64,000 nucleotides of DNA. It comes from Polyangiales bacterium. GTDB lineage: Bacteria; Myxococcota_A; Polyangia; Polyangiales; JADJQN01. A program made the position numbers and the translations under genes. Positions 33,158 through 42,541 of the stretch are shown here, in pieces (positions within the stretch are counted from its first letter, which is position 1; the number at the start of each line of letters is the position of its first letter). Under the pieces are notes generated by a model that saw only the letters and a program-made list of their open reading frames with translations, had not been told where the DNA came from and ran no database searches. The stretch spans positions 64,001 to 128,000 of the forward strand of contig CAXNJO010000012.1 of the NCBI GenBank assembly GCA_964202905.1. The letters are read 5' to 3'.

Positions 33158-34072
33158 TCAGAACATGAGCACGTCACCCGCGGTCTCGAGATCGACGGGC
33201 TTGTCGCCGCCGATCTCGGGGTGCATCGGCGCGGCGATCTCGGCGGCCCGGCCCTCCGCCGCAGGGAGCTCCGCCGCCGCGAGCTGGGCGTCGCGGATCC
33301 AGTCGTCGATACGCTGGAGCCCTTGCGCGACCGCGTCCTGGAACTGCAGGTGCGAGAGCGACTCGTGCGAGTGCCGCACGACCTGCGCGAGCGAGGCGTC
33401 GCCGTGCTCGAGCGCATCCGCAACGTAGCGGTGCATCTCCTCCGTGCCCTGCTCGACGTCATGCGCGCTCGCGGCGAAACGCTCGGAGAAGGTACTCGCG
33501 AGCGCCTCCATGCCGTCCGCACTGCCCGCGATCGCGGGGAGCAGCGCGGTGAGGTCGCGCGAGAGCTGGTCGATCAGCTCGTTCGTCGTCGCGATCGTCT
33601 TGCTGAGTCGCTGCATCTCTCCTGCGATCACCCGAAAGCTCGCGCCACGCTCCGAGAGGCGCCCCGCCTCGATGCGCGCGTTGAGCGCGAGGATGTGGGC
33701 CTCTTGCGACAGCGCCGCGATCGAGCGCGCCGCGCGCGAGATGTCCTGCGTGTGCGCGACCGCGCTCGTCGCGTCCGACTGGAGCCGCGTCGCGCGCTCG
33801 CGCACGTCGCGCGCGTAGTCCTCGACCGCGTCGATCTGCCGATGGATCAAGGTCCCGATGCCCGCGCGCCCGCCACCGCCACGCAACACCGAGAGCGCAT
33901 CCCGCACCCGCGCCACGTGCCCGCCGGCGACCTCGACGATGCGCGCCACGCTCTCCGCGGCGCTCATCACCTCGCGCTCGGTCATCCCGTTGACCTCACG
34001 GACGCGCTGCTGAAAGCGGCCGCGCAGGCTGAGGAGCTGCTCGAACACGCGCTGCTCGATGCCGTCCGTCAT
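33158..34072 (-). CDS. Soluble methyl-accepting chemotaxis-like protein
   Basis: ILALNARIEAGR..G..FRVIAGEMQRLS hairpin; no TM; LQFQD motif. Confidence 0.85.
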   Translation of the reverse strand: MTDGIEQRVFEQLLSLRGRFQQRVREVNGMTEREVMSAAESVARIVEVAGGHVARVRDALSVLRGGGGRAGIGTLIHRQIDAVEDYARDVRERATRLQSDATSAVAHTQDISRAARSIAALSQEAHILALNARIEAGRLSERGASFRVIAGEMQRLSKTIATTNELIDQLSRDLTALLPAIAGSADGMEALASTFSERFAASAHDVEQGTEEMHRYVADALEHGDASLAQVVRHSHESLSHLQFQDAVAQGLQRIDDWIRDAQLAAAELPAAEGRAAEIAAPMHPEIGGDKPVDLETAGDVLMF

Positions 34073-34079
34073 CACGCCC

Positions 34080-34445
34080 TCACGCCACGAGCTTCTTGAC
34101 CGCCGCGACGAGGAGGTCCGCCTTGAACGGCTTGACGATCCAGCCCTTCGCGCCGGCCTTCTTCGCGCGCTCGATGAGCGCAGGGTGCCCCTCCGACGTC
34201 AGCATCAGCACGGGAAGCCGCGCGTTCGCCGCGTCGGCCTTCACCTTCTCGAGCATCTCGAGCCCGTTCATCCGCGGCATGTTGACGTCGCAGATCACGA
34301 CCGCGATCGTCGGGTCCGCGCCGATGCGCTCAGCCCCTTCGGCCCCATCCGCGGCCTCGACCACGTCGAAGCCCGCCTGGCGCAGGGCGAGACCAACCTG
34401 CTGGCGGACACTCGGGGAATCGTCGACTACGAGCGCTCTCTTCAT
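34080..34445 (-). CDS. cheY: CheY-like response regulator
   Basis: LVVDDS, ICDVNMPRMNG, MLTSE, AGAKGWIVKPF. Confidence 0.92.
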   Translation of the reverse strand: MKRALVVDDSPSVRQQVGLALRQAGFDVVEAADGAEGAERIGADPTIAVVICDVNMPRMNGLEMLEKVKADAANARLPVLMLTSEGHPALIERAKKAGAKGWIVKPFKADLLVAAVKKLVA

Positions 34446-34588
34446 GATCGTTCCTCCTGCGCTGGCCCGCGCCACGACGCGCCGTACGGCAAACGACGCG
34501 TGCGGTCGATTCTTGAATCCCACACCGCATCTCGCATGCCCCTCAAGCCCCTCCTGCCTCCCACCGTTGAGTGGGAACGAGGATCCCG

Positions 34589-35107
34589 ATGCGCAGCGAC
34601 CACCAATGCCAAGAAGTGGTCTCGCGACTTGCCGCCGAGTCCACCGTGAAGTTGTTCGAGGCGTACGGCCTGACCCTACGCGAAGAACCGTCCGAGCGGC
34701 TGCCCGAACACACGATCCTGATGTGCGGCGTGATCGGCTTCACCGGGCCGCAGATCCGCGGCACGGTCATCCTCGCCGCCAACGACCGCCCGCTCGACGC
34801 GTCGAATCCGGTCGAAGGCGCGCCGCGTCGCGACTGGATCGCCGAGCTGACCAACCAGCTCGTCGGGCGCATCAAGAACCGGCTCATCGGCTACGGCGCC
34901 GACATCTACATCACGACTCCGGTCGTGTTGCGCGGCGAACACCTTGCCCCGGTTCCGAGTCAGCCGATCAGCCCGGAGGCGTTCGTCACGGACGGCGGTG
35001 GTGTCGTGTGCGTCTGGTCGGAGGTCGAGGCCGCCGAGGGCTTCGCCCTCGTGGAGTCGAGCGACGCCGAGCACGGCGCGCACGAAGGCGACACTCTCCT
35101 CTTCTGA
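34589..35107 (+). CDS. CheX-like protein
   Basis: GVIGFTGPQIRG, DWIAELTNQLVGRIK (ExxN), ITTPVVLRG. Confidence 0.75.
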   Translation: MRSDHQCQEVVSRLAAESTVKLFEAYGLTLREEPSERLPEHTILMCGVIGFTGPQIRGTVILAANDRPLDASNPVEGAPRRDWIAELTNQLVGRIKNRLIGYGADIYITTPVVLRGEHLAPVPSQPISPEAFVTDGGGVVCVWSEVEAAEGFALVESSDAEHGAHEGDTLLF

Positions 35108-35131
35108 CCCGCAACAACCCCTCCCGAAACG

Positions 35132-35172
35132 ACGCGCCGCAACCCCTTCCCAGGGCGGCGCGTTCCTTTTTT
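35132..35172 (+). terminator. Rho-independent terminator
   Basis: acgcgccgc...gcggcgcgt stem followed by tcctttttt. Confidence 0.65.
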
Positions 35173-35284
35173 GGGGCCGCTCCGACATCACCCCAAAGCG
35201 AAGCGCCGCAGCCCCCGAGAGAGCGTGCGGCGCGGTGGTGTCGGCGTGGGTGGAGGGGCGGACAGACAGACCCGCGTCAGCGTC

Positions 35285-35887
35285 TCAATCGCGTCGGGCG
35301 CTGCCCCCGAGTCCCTGCGAATGGCCTTGGCCCGTCTGGACGACGACGAAGCGGACATTCTTGAACTCGGCCTGGCCGCACGTGTAGACGACCTCGATGA
35401 GCGTGCGGTACGGCGTGCGCTTGTCGGCGACGATCTGGACCTCGCCCGAGAAGGGCCGCTGCGGATTCCGCGACGCAATCAGCTTGTGCAGATCACGCTT
35501 CGCCTGCATCGGGTCGAGCAGCGGATTGATGAGAAACGCGTTGGCGCCGCCGTTCTTGAGGCTCGGATCGACGAGCCCGTTGCGGAGCGAGAGCGCACGC
35601 GTCCCGTCGACGAGGATGTCGTTCTGCGAGATCGTCACGACGACCGCCGGCTCGGCGGGACGCTCGGACGTCGAGGTCGGGATCTGGAGTTCGGCGCTCT
35701 GCGTGATGTTCGCCGAGGTGGTCGCGAACTGCTGGATCAAGAAGACGAGCAGGATCGTCATCATGTCCATCATCGCGTAGATGTTGAGCTCTTGGTGCTC
35801 GTGCTCAGGCATCCGGCGCAGACGCTTGCGGATGATCCGCTTCACGTCGCTGGTGCGCGCCATCTCCGGGTTGTTCGGCTCGCTCAT
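35285..35887 (-). CDS. ExbD/TolR family protein (AglS-like paralog)
   Basis: ELNIYAMMDMMTILLVFLI TM with conserved Asp; IVADKRTPY..VVYT. Confidence 0.9.
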   Translation of the reverse strand: MSEPNNPEMARTSDVKRIIRKRLRRMPEHEHQELNIYAMMDMMTILLVFLIQQFATTSANITQSAELQIPTSTSERPAEPAVVVTISQNDILVDGTRALSLRNGLVDPSLKNGGANAFLINPLLDPMQAKRDLHKLIASRNPQRPFSGEVQIVADKRTPYRTLIEVVYTCGQAEFKNVRFVVVQTGQGHSQGLGGSARRD

Positions 35888-35912
35888 GTCCGTCTCCGTC
35901 GTCCGGTTCCGC

Positions 35913-36470
35913 TCAGCGCACGCCGGCTGAGAGCATCACGTTGGGGAAGAGCTCCGTCGTCCCCTGGCTGTGGAGTGCGTCCATCGCGCGGATCATGTGC
36001 TCATACTCGATCGTCGGGTCCGCACCGACGATGACCTGATTTTCGTCGGCGAACTGCGGCTCGGCCTTCACGCGCGCGACGCACGCGGTGAGCGCGGCCC
36101 AGTCGTAACCGTTGGCATTGCGCGGCACGGTCATCACGCGCCCGCTCGCAGTCGTCGCACAACCCGGCGCGAGCTTCCCGCCCGAGCCCGCGACCACCAC
36201 CCCCTCGGCCGTGACCGTCACGCTGAGGTTGAGCGCGCTGCTCTCGGTCTGCGAACCCCGGCCGCGGCCGAGCTGCGGCAACTGCGCCTCGATCTCGGCG
36301 AGGGCCAACACGGCCTGCGTCGTCGCGAGGAGGAACATGATGATGTTCATGACGATGTCGAGGAACGGAACGATGTTCAGTTCACCGGCCGTCTCGGACG
36401 GGTCCAGATCGTGGACCGACGTCTTCTTGCGGATGTACGAGCGCTGCGAACCGGTCAGCTTGCGCGCCAT
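35913..36470 (-). CDS. ExbD/TolR family protein (AglQ-like paralog)
   Basis: ELNIVPFLDIVMNIIMFLL; VGADPTIEYEHMIRAMD. Confidence 0.9.
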   Translation of the reverse strand: MARKLTGSQRSYIRKKTSVHDLDPSETAGELNIVPFLDIVMNIIMFLLATTQAVLALAEIEAQLPQLGRGRGSQTESSALNLSVTVTAEGVVVAGSGGKLAPGCATTASGRVMTVPRNANGYDWAALTACVARVKAEPQFADENQVIVGADPTIEYEHMIRAMDALHSQGTTELFPNVMLSAGVR

Positions 36471-36546
36471 GTGGCCTCCGACGCAGACGCCCCACCCACG
36501 CCCCCCGCGATCGCCGTTCGCGCCGGGGCGGGAAGGGGCCTGCGAC

Positions 36547-37176
36547 TCACTCCGGGCGGCCCTTGAGGGTCAGCAGGTTCTCGAGCTTCATCACGGCCTT
36601 CTCCAGCTCGGACTTGTGCTTCTTGGACATGCCGTGGAGGATGAGGTGGAAGAACATGCACGTCACGGCGATGCCGAGACCCAGCGCCGTGTTCCACATG
36701 GCCTCGGAGATGCCCTTCGAGAGCAGCGCCGACTTCTGATCCGGCGACGCGAAAGCGACGGCGGCGAACGACTTGATCAGACCCGAGATCGTGCCGAGGA
36801 GGCCGATGAGGGTCGCGATGTTCGCGAGCGACCACAGCGTGCCGATGCGCTTCTCGAGCTCGGGCACGACCTCGGCGAGACGCTCCTCCATCGCGGCGAT
36901 GACCGCGTCTTCTCCGCGGTTCACCTGCGTGAGGCCGGATTTCACGACCTGCAGCAGCGGCAGCGGCGCGGCTTCGCACAGCTTGATCGCACGGTCGATG
37001 TTGCCGGCCTGCACGAGCTTGCGGACCTGCGCCATGAACTCACCCGCGTTCACGCGATAGCGGGTCAGAATGAAGACGAAGCGCTCGGTCACGATGCCCA
37101 GCACGAAAGCGAGCACCGCGACGTTGATGAACGAGAACGGTGCGCCATCCGAAAGAGCATGCCAGATAGTGTCCAT
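36547..37176 (-). CDS. MotA/TolQ/ExbB proton channel (AglR-like paralog)
   Basis: ANIATLIGLLGTISGLIKSF, GISEAMWNTALGL; RBS aaagga. Confidence 0.93.
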   Translation of the reverse strand: MDTIWHALSDGAPFSFINVAVLAFVLGIVTERFVFILTRYRVNAGEFMAQVRKLVQAGNIDRAIKLCEAAPLPLLQVVKSGLTQVNRGEDAVIAAMEERLAEVVPELEKRIGTLWSLANIATLIGLLGTISGLIKSFAAVAFASPDQKSALLSKGISEAMWNTALGLGIAVTCMFFHLILHGMSKKHKSELEKAVMKLENLLTLKGRPE

Positions 37177-37395
37177 CGACGAGATCCTTTCGATCGTCCT
37201 CTGGTGTGACCGCAGATCGGAGTTTCCGGGCGACACCGACCCCCGCGTCACGTCTCACCTCAGACCGGAGACGGCCCGCGACAAACGGGATTCCGCACAC
37301 ACCGATCTTTGCTTGCCCCCGACGAGTCTGTTTCCCCGACGAATCGCCCTCGCGTGCTGCGGAGAGCACCCGTCAGGCGGGTGAAAGCGAGCGGG

Positions 37396-37425
37396 AGGCT
37401 AGCCCAGTCTCGCGCGCGTTGTCAA
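37396..37425 (-). promoter_or_regulatory. Putative sigma70-type promoter of the leftward motor operon
   Basis: TTGACA-N18-TAGCCT on the minus strand. Confidence 0.5.
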
Positions 37426-37766
37426 CGGACGATTGCGCTCGCCCCCTCGGACGACGCCGCCCCGGCGCGTCGGAAACCTCACGCTGACGGCATCGTCCGC
37501 GGCATCGGGTACGGCCCGGGGGGCGAGGGCAGCGCCCGCGCACTTCCAGGGATTGTCCCAGTCTCGCCGGACTGACCACTTCGGTCGCGCGCGGCTCCGC
37601 GCATCGCGCCGCCGGTGCCCATGGAGCGCCGTCACCGATCCCGCGAGATCCCGCACGCGGAGCAGCGACGAGTCGGGAACTTCGCAGCCCGCGCGGCGTC
37701 GAACCCGCGTCGGCGTGCGTGTTCAGCGCGTCGTGCGTATGTCCGCGAACGAAACTCAGATCGATG

Positions 37767-37794
37767 TTGACACCCTGGGTGACCTGGGTAGGAT
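37767..37794 (+). promoter_or_regulatory. Putative sigma70-type promoter of aglR
   Basis: TTGACA-N16-TAGGAT. Confidence 0.55.
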
Positions 37795-37961
37795 GGCTCC
37801 GCTTCGACTGGCCGCTTTCGGGCGGTTGACGACGAGCGCGCGCGCCTGGCAAAACGCCCGGCGAGCTGAACACAGGGCCGCGAGGCCTGCCGAGCAACGG
37901 GAGCCGCGCAGGGGGATCGACGGTGATCCGCCACGTGGTATCGCGAGGAGGGTAGAGATCG

Positions 37962-38612
37962 ATGTCGACGATGTTCAAGCATTTCGAAGAGGGCGGCTGG
38001 GGCATGTACCCCATCCTTTTCTGGCAGGTCATCGCGATCGGCGTGATCGTCGAGCGCGCCATCTATCTCTACAAGTGCTCGATCAACAAGGACGTGTTCC
38101 TCGCGACCATGCAGAAGTGCATCCTCGCGGGTGACGTCGGCCGCGCGATCAAGCTCTGCTCGGCTGCGAACGCGCCCCTCGCGCGCATCGTCAAGGCGGG
38201 CCTCATGCGCGTCAACCGCCCCGACGCCGAGGTCCAGTCGGCGATGGACGAGTCGGCGCTCCGCGAGCTTCCGAAGATCGAGCACCGCACGGGCTACCTC
38301 GCCCTCCTCGCCAACCTCGCCATGCTCTCGGGCCTCCTCGGGACCGTGACGGGCCTCATCGCCGCGTTCGGCGCCGTCGCGAACGCCGACGCCGCCTCGA
38401 AGGCGACCATGCTCGCGAAGGGCATCTCGGAGGCCATGAACTGCACGGCCTTCGGTCTCCTCGCCGCCATCGTCGCGCTCATCGGCTTCGCCATCCTCAA
38501 CGGCAAGACGCAGGGCCTCGTCGACGACATCAATGGAGCGACCGTCGAGGTGTTGAACCTCGTCGTGAACAACCGCTCGAAGGTCAACCTGCAGGGCATC
38601 CAGCAGGGCTGA
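37962..38612 (+). CDS. aglR: MotA/TolQ/ExbB proton channel, gliding motor subunit AglR
   Basis: GWGMYPI, SINKDVFL, DESALRELPKIEHRTGYLA, GISEAMNCT, DINGATVEVLNLVVNNR resemble Myxococcus AglR as recalled. Confidence 0.85.
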   Translation: MSTMFKHFEEGGWGMYPILFWQVIAIGVIVERAIYLYKCSINKDVFLATMQKCILAGDVGRAIKLCSAANAPLARIVKAGLMRVNRPDAEVQSAMDESALRELPKIEHRTGYLALLANLAMLSGLLGTVTGLIAAFGAVANADAASKATMLAKGISEAMNCTAFGLLAAIVALIGFAILNGKTQGLVDDINGATVEVLNLVVNNRSKVNLQGIQQG

Positions 38613-38623
38613 TCGCTTCCGGT

Positions 38624-38670
38624 GGGCGCGGGCCGCAGCAGCTTCTTGCTGTGCGCGGCCCGCGGCGCCC
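38624..38670 (+). terminator. Intercistronic stem-loop after aglR (terminator or stabiliser)
   Basis: gggcgc/gcgggccgc...gcggcccgc/gcgccc inverted repeat followed by pyrimidine-rich tctctcttccc. Confidence 0.5.
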
Positions 38671-39050
38671 CGCCCGGCTCTCTCTTCCCGTTCGGGTTGG
38701 ATTTTCGCGCATCACGCCTCGCTTTCCTTCGCACGCCTCACGCCTCGGACCGGCCTCGAACACGCAGCCCTCTCCACGTAGGGCTCGGTTTGGCAGGTGG
38801 ACTTCACGTAGGCGGCCACAGGTTCCGGATCGGCGAAACAGTTTCAGGTCGGCGGGCACAGATTGCCCCTCCCGATGACGGTTCGCGGTGAGGGCCTTCG
38901 GGGCACCGACATCCCGCGTCTCTCGCTCCCGCAACGCGATCGGATGAGACCGGTCGGGTTGCCCCATCAGAAGACACCGGTCGGGCGGCAGGTTCGGATC
39001 GCGCCGACCAGGGGGCCTAAAAGGGCCCATGACTCACAGGAGAATGTCCC

Positions 39051-39524
39051 ATGGGTGGTATCAGCGTCGGCGGTCATGGCGGCAAAAAAGCTCTGGATGC
39101 CGAGATCCCGCTCGTTCCGTTCATCGACCTGCTCCTCTGCTGCATCATGTTCCTGCTGGTCACCGCCGTGTGGAACCAGCTCGCGCGACTCAACGCCAAC
39201 CAGCAATCGCCAGGCCAGCCCAACGTCGACACCCCGCCGCCGCAGACCCCGCAGATCAAGCTGATCCTGCAGGTCACGAGCACGGGCTTCGTCCTCGCGT
39301 CCACCGCTGGTGACCGTACGGAGATCCCGAAGAACGGCGACACGTTCGACCTCGAAGAGCTCAAGAACAAGCTTCAGGAGCGTCACCGCATGGAGCCCAA
39401 CCGCCGCGACATCACCGTCGCTCCCGAGGACGGCGTCCAGTACAAGGATGTCGTCGCCGCGATGGACATCGTGGTCGGTGAGGGCTACCCCGAGATGAAC
39501 CTCTCGGACGGCGCGAGCATGTGA
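39051..39524 (+). CDS. aglQ: ExbD/TolR family protein, AglQ
   Basis: GGKKALD..LVPFIDL..FLLVTAVWNQ; ITVAPEDGVQY..MD; RBS aggaga. Confidence 0.82.
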   Translation: MGGISVGGHGGKKALDAEIPLVPFIDLLLCCIMFLLVTAVWNQLARLNANQQSPGQPNVDTPPPQTPQIKLILQVTSTGFVLASTAGDRTEIPKNGDTFDLEELKNKLQERHRMEPNRRDITVAPEDGVQYKDVVAAMDIVVGEGYPEMNLSDGASM

Positions 39525-39581
39525 CCGTTCGCTCCGCACCATCTCCAGTCAGCGTCGTCTAGCGTCCAGAGGAGCCTCCCT

Positions 39582-40118
39582 GTGCCCATCGCGAAACCCG
39601 GCAAAGTCCTGCTCACGCGCGTGCCCCTGAAGTTCGTCGCCAAGCGAGTCGGCGGCGCGAATCACAAGGCCGTCGATGCGTCGATTCCGCTGGTCCCCTT
39701 CATTGACTTCCTCATCACGCTCGTCGTCTTCCTGCTGACTTCGTTCAGCGCGTCCGGAGAGCTGCTCGCCCAGCAGCCAAACCTGAAGATGCCCAACGCG
39801 CACAACGTCGCGGACCTCGAGATTTCGCCGATCATCTCGATCAATCCCCAGGTCATGACGCTCGACGGGCGCCGCATGGCCGACACGAACAGCCTCGCGA
39901 CGAATCCGCAGCTCGAGCGCATCGAGCAGCTCGTGCAGGACCTCGAGACGCTGAAGCGCAACTGGTCCATCCTGCACCCGTCGCAGCCTTTCCCCGCGAC
40001 GGTCATCGTCCAGGCCGACCAATCGATCGACTTCCGCGTCATCAAGAAGGCGATGTTTTCGGCGGCGCAGGCCGGCTACTCGAACATCAGCTTCGCCGTC
40101 AATCGCATGGGCGAGTGA
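39582..40118 (+). CDS. aglS: ExbD/TolR family protein, AglS
   Basis: MPIAKPGK N-terminus, PFIDFLITLVVFLL..FSASGE, QADQSIDFRVIKKAMFS..AGY..ISFAV. Confidence 0.82.
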   Translation: MPIAKPGKVLLTRVPLKFVAKRVGGANHKAVDASIPLVPFIDFLITLVVFLLTSFSASGELLAQQPNLKMPNAHNVADLEISPIISINPQVMTLDGRRMADTNSLATNPQLERIEQLVQDLETLKRNWSILHPSQPFPATVIVQADQSIDFRVIKKAMFSAAQAGYSNISFAVNRMGE

Positions 40119-40185
40119 GCGGTCGCGTCCCGACGCAACCCGGGGCGCGCATCGGAGATCGCCAAACGTTCGTGAAGGAACAGGG

Positions 40186-40215
40186 GCCCCGCGGGAACGC
40201 GGGGCTTCGTCATTT
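40186..40215 (+). terminator. Rho-independent terminator of aglQS
   Basis: gccccgcg-ggaa-cgcggggc followed by ttcgtcattt. Confidence 0.7.
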
Positions 40216-40263
40216 GTCCGTCCACGCAGACGGTGGGGTGCGCGCCCCCGAGACCGGAGCACC

Positions 40264-41316
40264 ATGAGCCAGACCCCGCCTGACGAGCCCGCCGGATCGC
40301 ACGCGCTGCTCGAGCCCGCGCGCCCCGACAGCGGGGGCGAGGAGCGCGCCTTCGCGCAGCGCCTGCCCTGGCGCTGGATCGCCATCGGCGCGGCGGTCAT
40401 CGCCGTCGTGCTCGGCGGCTACGGGTATCGCCGGGAGGCGGAGGCGAGCGCCCTGCGCGCGCAGATCCTCCGGGTGCACAGCGGCGAGCTCGCGGAGCTC
40501 GGCACGCGCTACACCGCGTTCCTGCGGGAGCTCGAGGGGCTCGTCACGGCGGAGGCGCGCCGGAGTGCGCCGGAGCGCGTCGTCGATCCGCGGCTGCGGA
40601 TCGCCGCCCTCGGCAGCGGGCAAGGCCTTTACCTCCGCGTCGCGGCGAACGAGGCCACCGATCCGGACAAGCTCGCAGCCGCCGCGCTCCGCATGGAATC
40701 CGACGCCATCACGCGTTGTCTCGGCGTCGTGCCCGCGTCGGCGCGGAGCCTCTACGCGCTCAAGGGCTTCCTCGGTCCGGAGCTCGTCGAGCGCGCGAAC
40801 GCGACCACGAGCGTGATGGGCCTGCGGGTCATCGACGACGAGTTGCGGCGGCGCATGGTCCGCGATCTGCCTCCCGTCGCGAACCTCATGCGGAGCGACT
40901 GGTTCCTCCTCGTGTTGCAGCGGGGCGAGAACCGGCGCGATCACCCCGTCGACGTGTACCTCTGGGACTTGCGCAGCCGTCGGAAGCTGCTCGCCGTGCG
41001 CACGCAGGCCAACGGTCTGCTCGTGCCGGTGCGCATCGAGCTGCCCGGCGTGCGCGCCGCGCCACGGCCAGCGCCCAGCTCAGGCGGAGGCGGCGCGAGC
41101 GACTGCTCGATCGCCGCGCAGGTGAAGGAACTCACGGGCGAGCCCTCGACGCGGTTCGGTTCGGACTTGGGGGCCGCTGGGCCCGGAGCCCCAGCCACAA
41201 CGGGCAGCGCGTCGCCTGGGGTCGGCAGCGACACGCCGCCTGCGGCCGGCAGCGACCCCTCCCCCGCGGACGGCCACGACGCACCAGACGTCGAGAACGC
41301 GGGCGCGACGCCCTGA
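40264..41316 (+). CDS. Hypothetical single-pass membrane protein
   Basis: ggag RBS, one TM (WIAIGAAVIAVVLGGY), host-like codon usage. Confidence 0.75.
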   Translation: MSQTPPDEPAGSHALLEPARPDSGGEERAFAQRLPWRWIAIGAAVIAVVLGGYGYRREAEASALRAQILRVHSGELAELGTRYTAFLRELEGLVTAEARRSAPERVVDPRLRIAALGSGQGLYLRVAANEATDPDKLAAAALRMESDAITRCLGVVPASARSLYALKGFLGPELVERANATTSVMGLRVIDDELRRRMVRDLPPVANLMRSDWFLLVLQRGENRRDHPVDVYLWDLRSRRKLLAVRTQANGLLVPVRIELPGVRAAPRPAPSSGGGGASDCSIAAQVKELTGEPSTRFGSDLGAAGPGAPATTGSASPGVGSDTPPAAGSDPSPADGHDAPDVENAGATP

Positions 41317-41405
41317 CCGTGCCGCGTGCGCGCCCGGCGACGCGACGCCGCCGGACCCGAGGCCGCCTGCGCTATCCTCGGCGACTTCACGAGGAGACCG
41401 AGCCG

Positions 41406-41993
41406 ATGGCGCTGGCAGACCTGCTCGCGGGCCCGAGCCCGGAGATCACGCGAATCTCGGATTATCTGGATGGTCTGGAAACACCGGAGCGCGTCGCGGA
41501 GACGTTGGCGCTCCCAGGGCGCGCGCAGGCCACCTTGTTCGAGGCTGCGAGCGGTTTCCGTCCGATCGGGCTCGACGACCTCGTGCCCGCGGCGTGCGCG
41601 CCGCTCGAGGAGGTGCCGCACCTCGGGCGCAATTCACTCCTCGCGTTCCAGCGCTTCGCCAAGGTGTTCTGCCGTCCGGACGGCGACACGGAGGGCGAGC
41701 TCTGGGGCTACAACCGCAACCCGCGGCCCTTCATCGAGACCGTCGTCGGCCCTGGGTACTACGTCGCCTATCCGTGGACGACACCGGGCGAGGTGCTGGT
41801 CGACTACCTCCGCACGCCACCGCGGAAGCCGGACGGCTGGCCGCCGATCCTCCCGAACTCCGCGCGGCTCTCCCGCTTCGTCTACAACGGCACCCAGGAC
41901 GTGCTCCGTGGCGTCTCGCGGCACGTGTCGATCGGGCGCGCTGCGCGTCACGGCAAGGTGATGGACAACTGGTTCGTGCTCTGCCGCGCGTGA
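41406..41993 (+). CDS. Hypothetical protein (195 aa)
   Basis: aggag RBS then MALADLLAG..., globular composition (FAKVFCRP, WGYN, DYLRTP, FVYNGTQD). Confidence 0.75.
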   Translation: MALADLLAGPSPEITRISDYLDGLETPERVAETLALPGRAQATLFEAASGFRPIGLDDLVPAACAPLEEVPHLGRNSLLAFQRFAKVFCRPDGDTEGELWGYNRNPRPFIETVVGPGYYVAYPWTTPGEVLVDYLRTPPRKPDGWPPILPNSARLSRFVYNGTQDVLRGVSRHVSIGRAARHGKVMDNWFVLCRA

Positions 41994-42034
41994 CGCGCGC
42001 GCCCTTCCCCCCGTTGGCGCGTGGCCCCATCCCG

Positions 42035-42541
42035 ATGCACATCAGGGGCACGACTGTGAGGACCATCGTCATCGAGTCGCTGCGGGTGCTTGCCGTCGGG
42101 GCCGCGCTCGGCCTCGCGCACGGGCTCGTGCGCGGCTGGCCGACGCTGCCGGCACCGCAGGCGGAAGCGACGAGCTGCGGGAGCCCTGTCGCTGCGGAGC
42201 CGAGCGTCGCGTGGATCCGCTGCGAGGACGCGCGCCCGCTCGCGGACGACGGCAGCGTCGCCTTCGTCGACGCGCGCAGCGCCGAGGAGTTCCTCGCGGG
42301 GCATGTCACCCGCGCGGTGTCGGCGCCCATCGAAGAGACCGGCGTCGTCGGACCTTCGGTCGTCGACGCGCTGCGCGGCGCTCGCCTCGTCATCGCGTAC
42401 TGCGACACCACGGGGAGTTGCGCGCGGTCGACGCGGCTCGCGGGGCTGCTCGCGCGGGCGGGCCTCCCCGACGTGCGCGTGCTCGAGGGCGGGATGGCGG
42501 CCTGGCTCGAGAGCGGTTTCCCCGCCGAGGCGGGGCCATGA
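42035..42541 (+). CDS. Membrane-anchored rhodanese-like domain protein
   Basis: FVDARSAEEFLAGHV..A, AYCDTTGSCARS, VLEGGMAAW. Confidence 0.85.
   Translation: MHIRGTTVRTIVIESLRVLAVGAALGLAHGLVRGWPTLPAPQAEATSCGSPVAAEPSVAWIRCEDARPLADDGSVAFVDARSAEEFLAGHVTRAVSAPIEETGVVGPSVVDALRGARLVIAYCDTTGSCARSTRLAGLLARAGLPDVRVLEGGMAAWLESGFPAEAGP

Noticed and set aside
38789..38808. Sigma54-like TGGCA in the aglR-aglQ spacer
   Set aside because: No GC at the -12 position (reads GG-N10-TC)
38622..39030. Short ORFs within the aglR-aglQ spacer
   Set aside because: No RBS, atypical codon usage, no recognisable motifs
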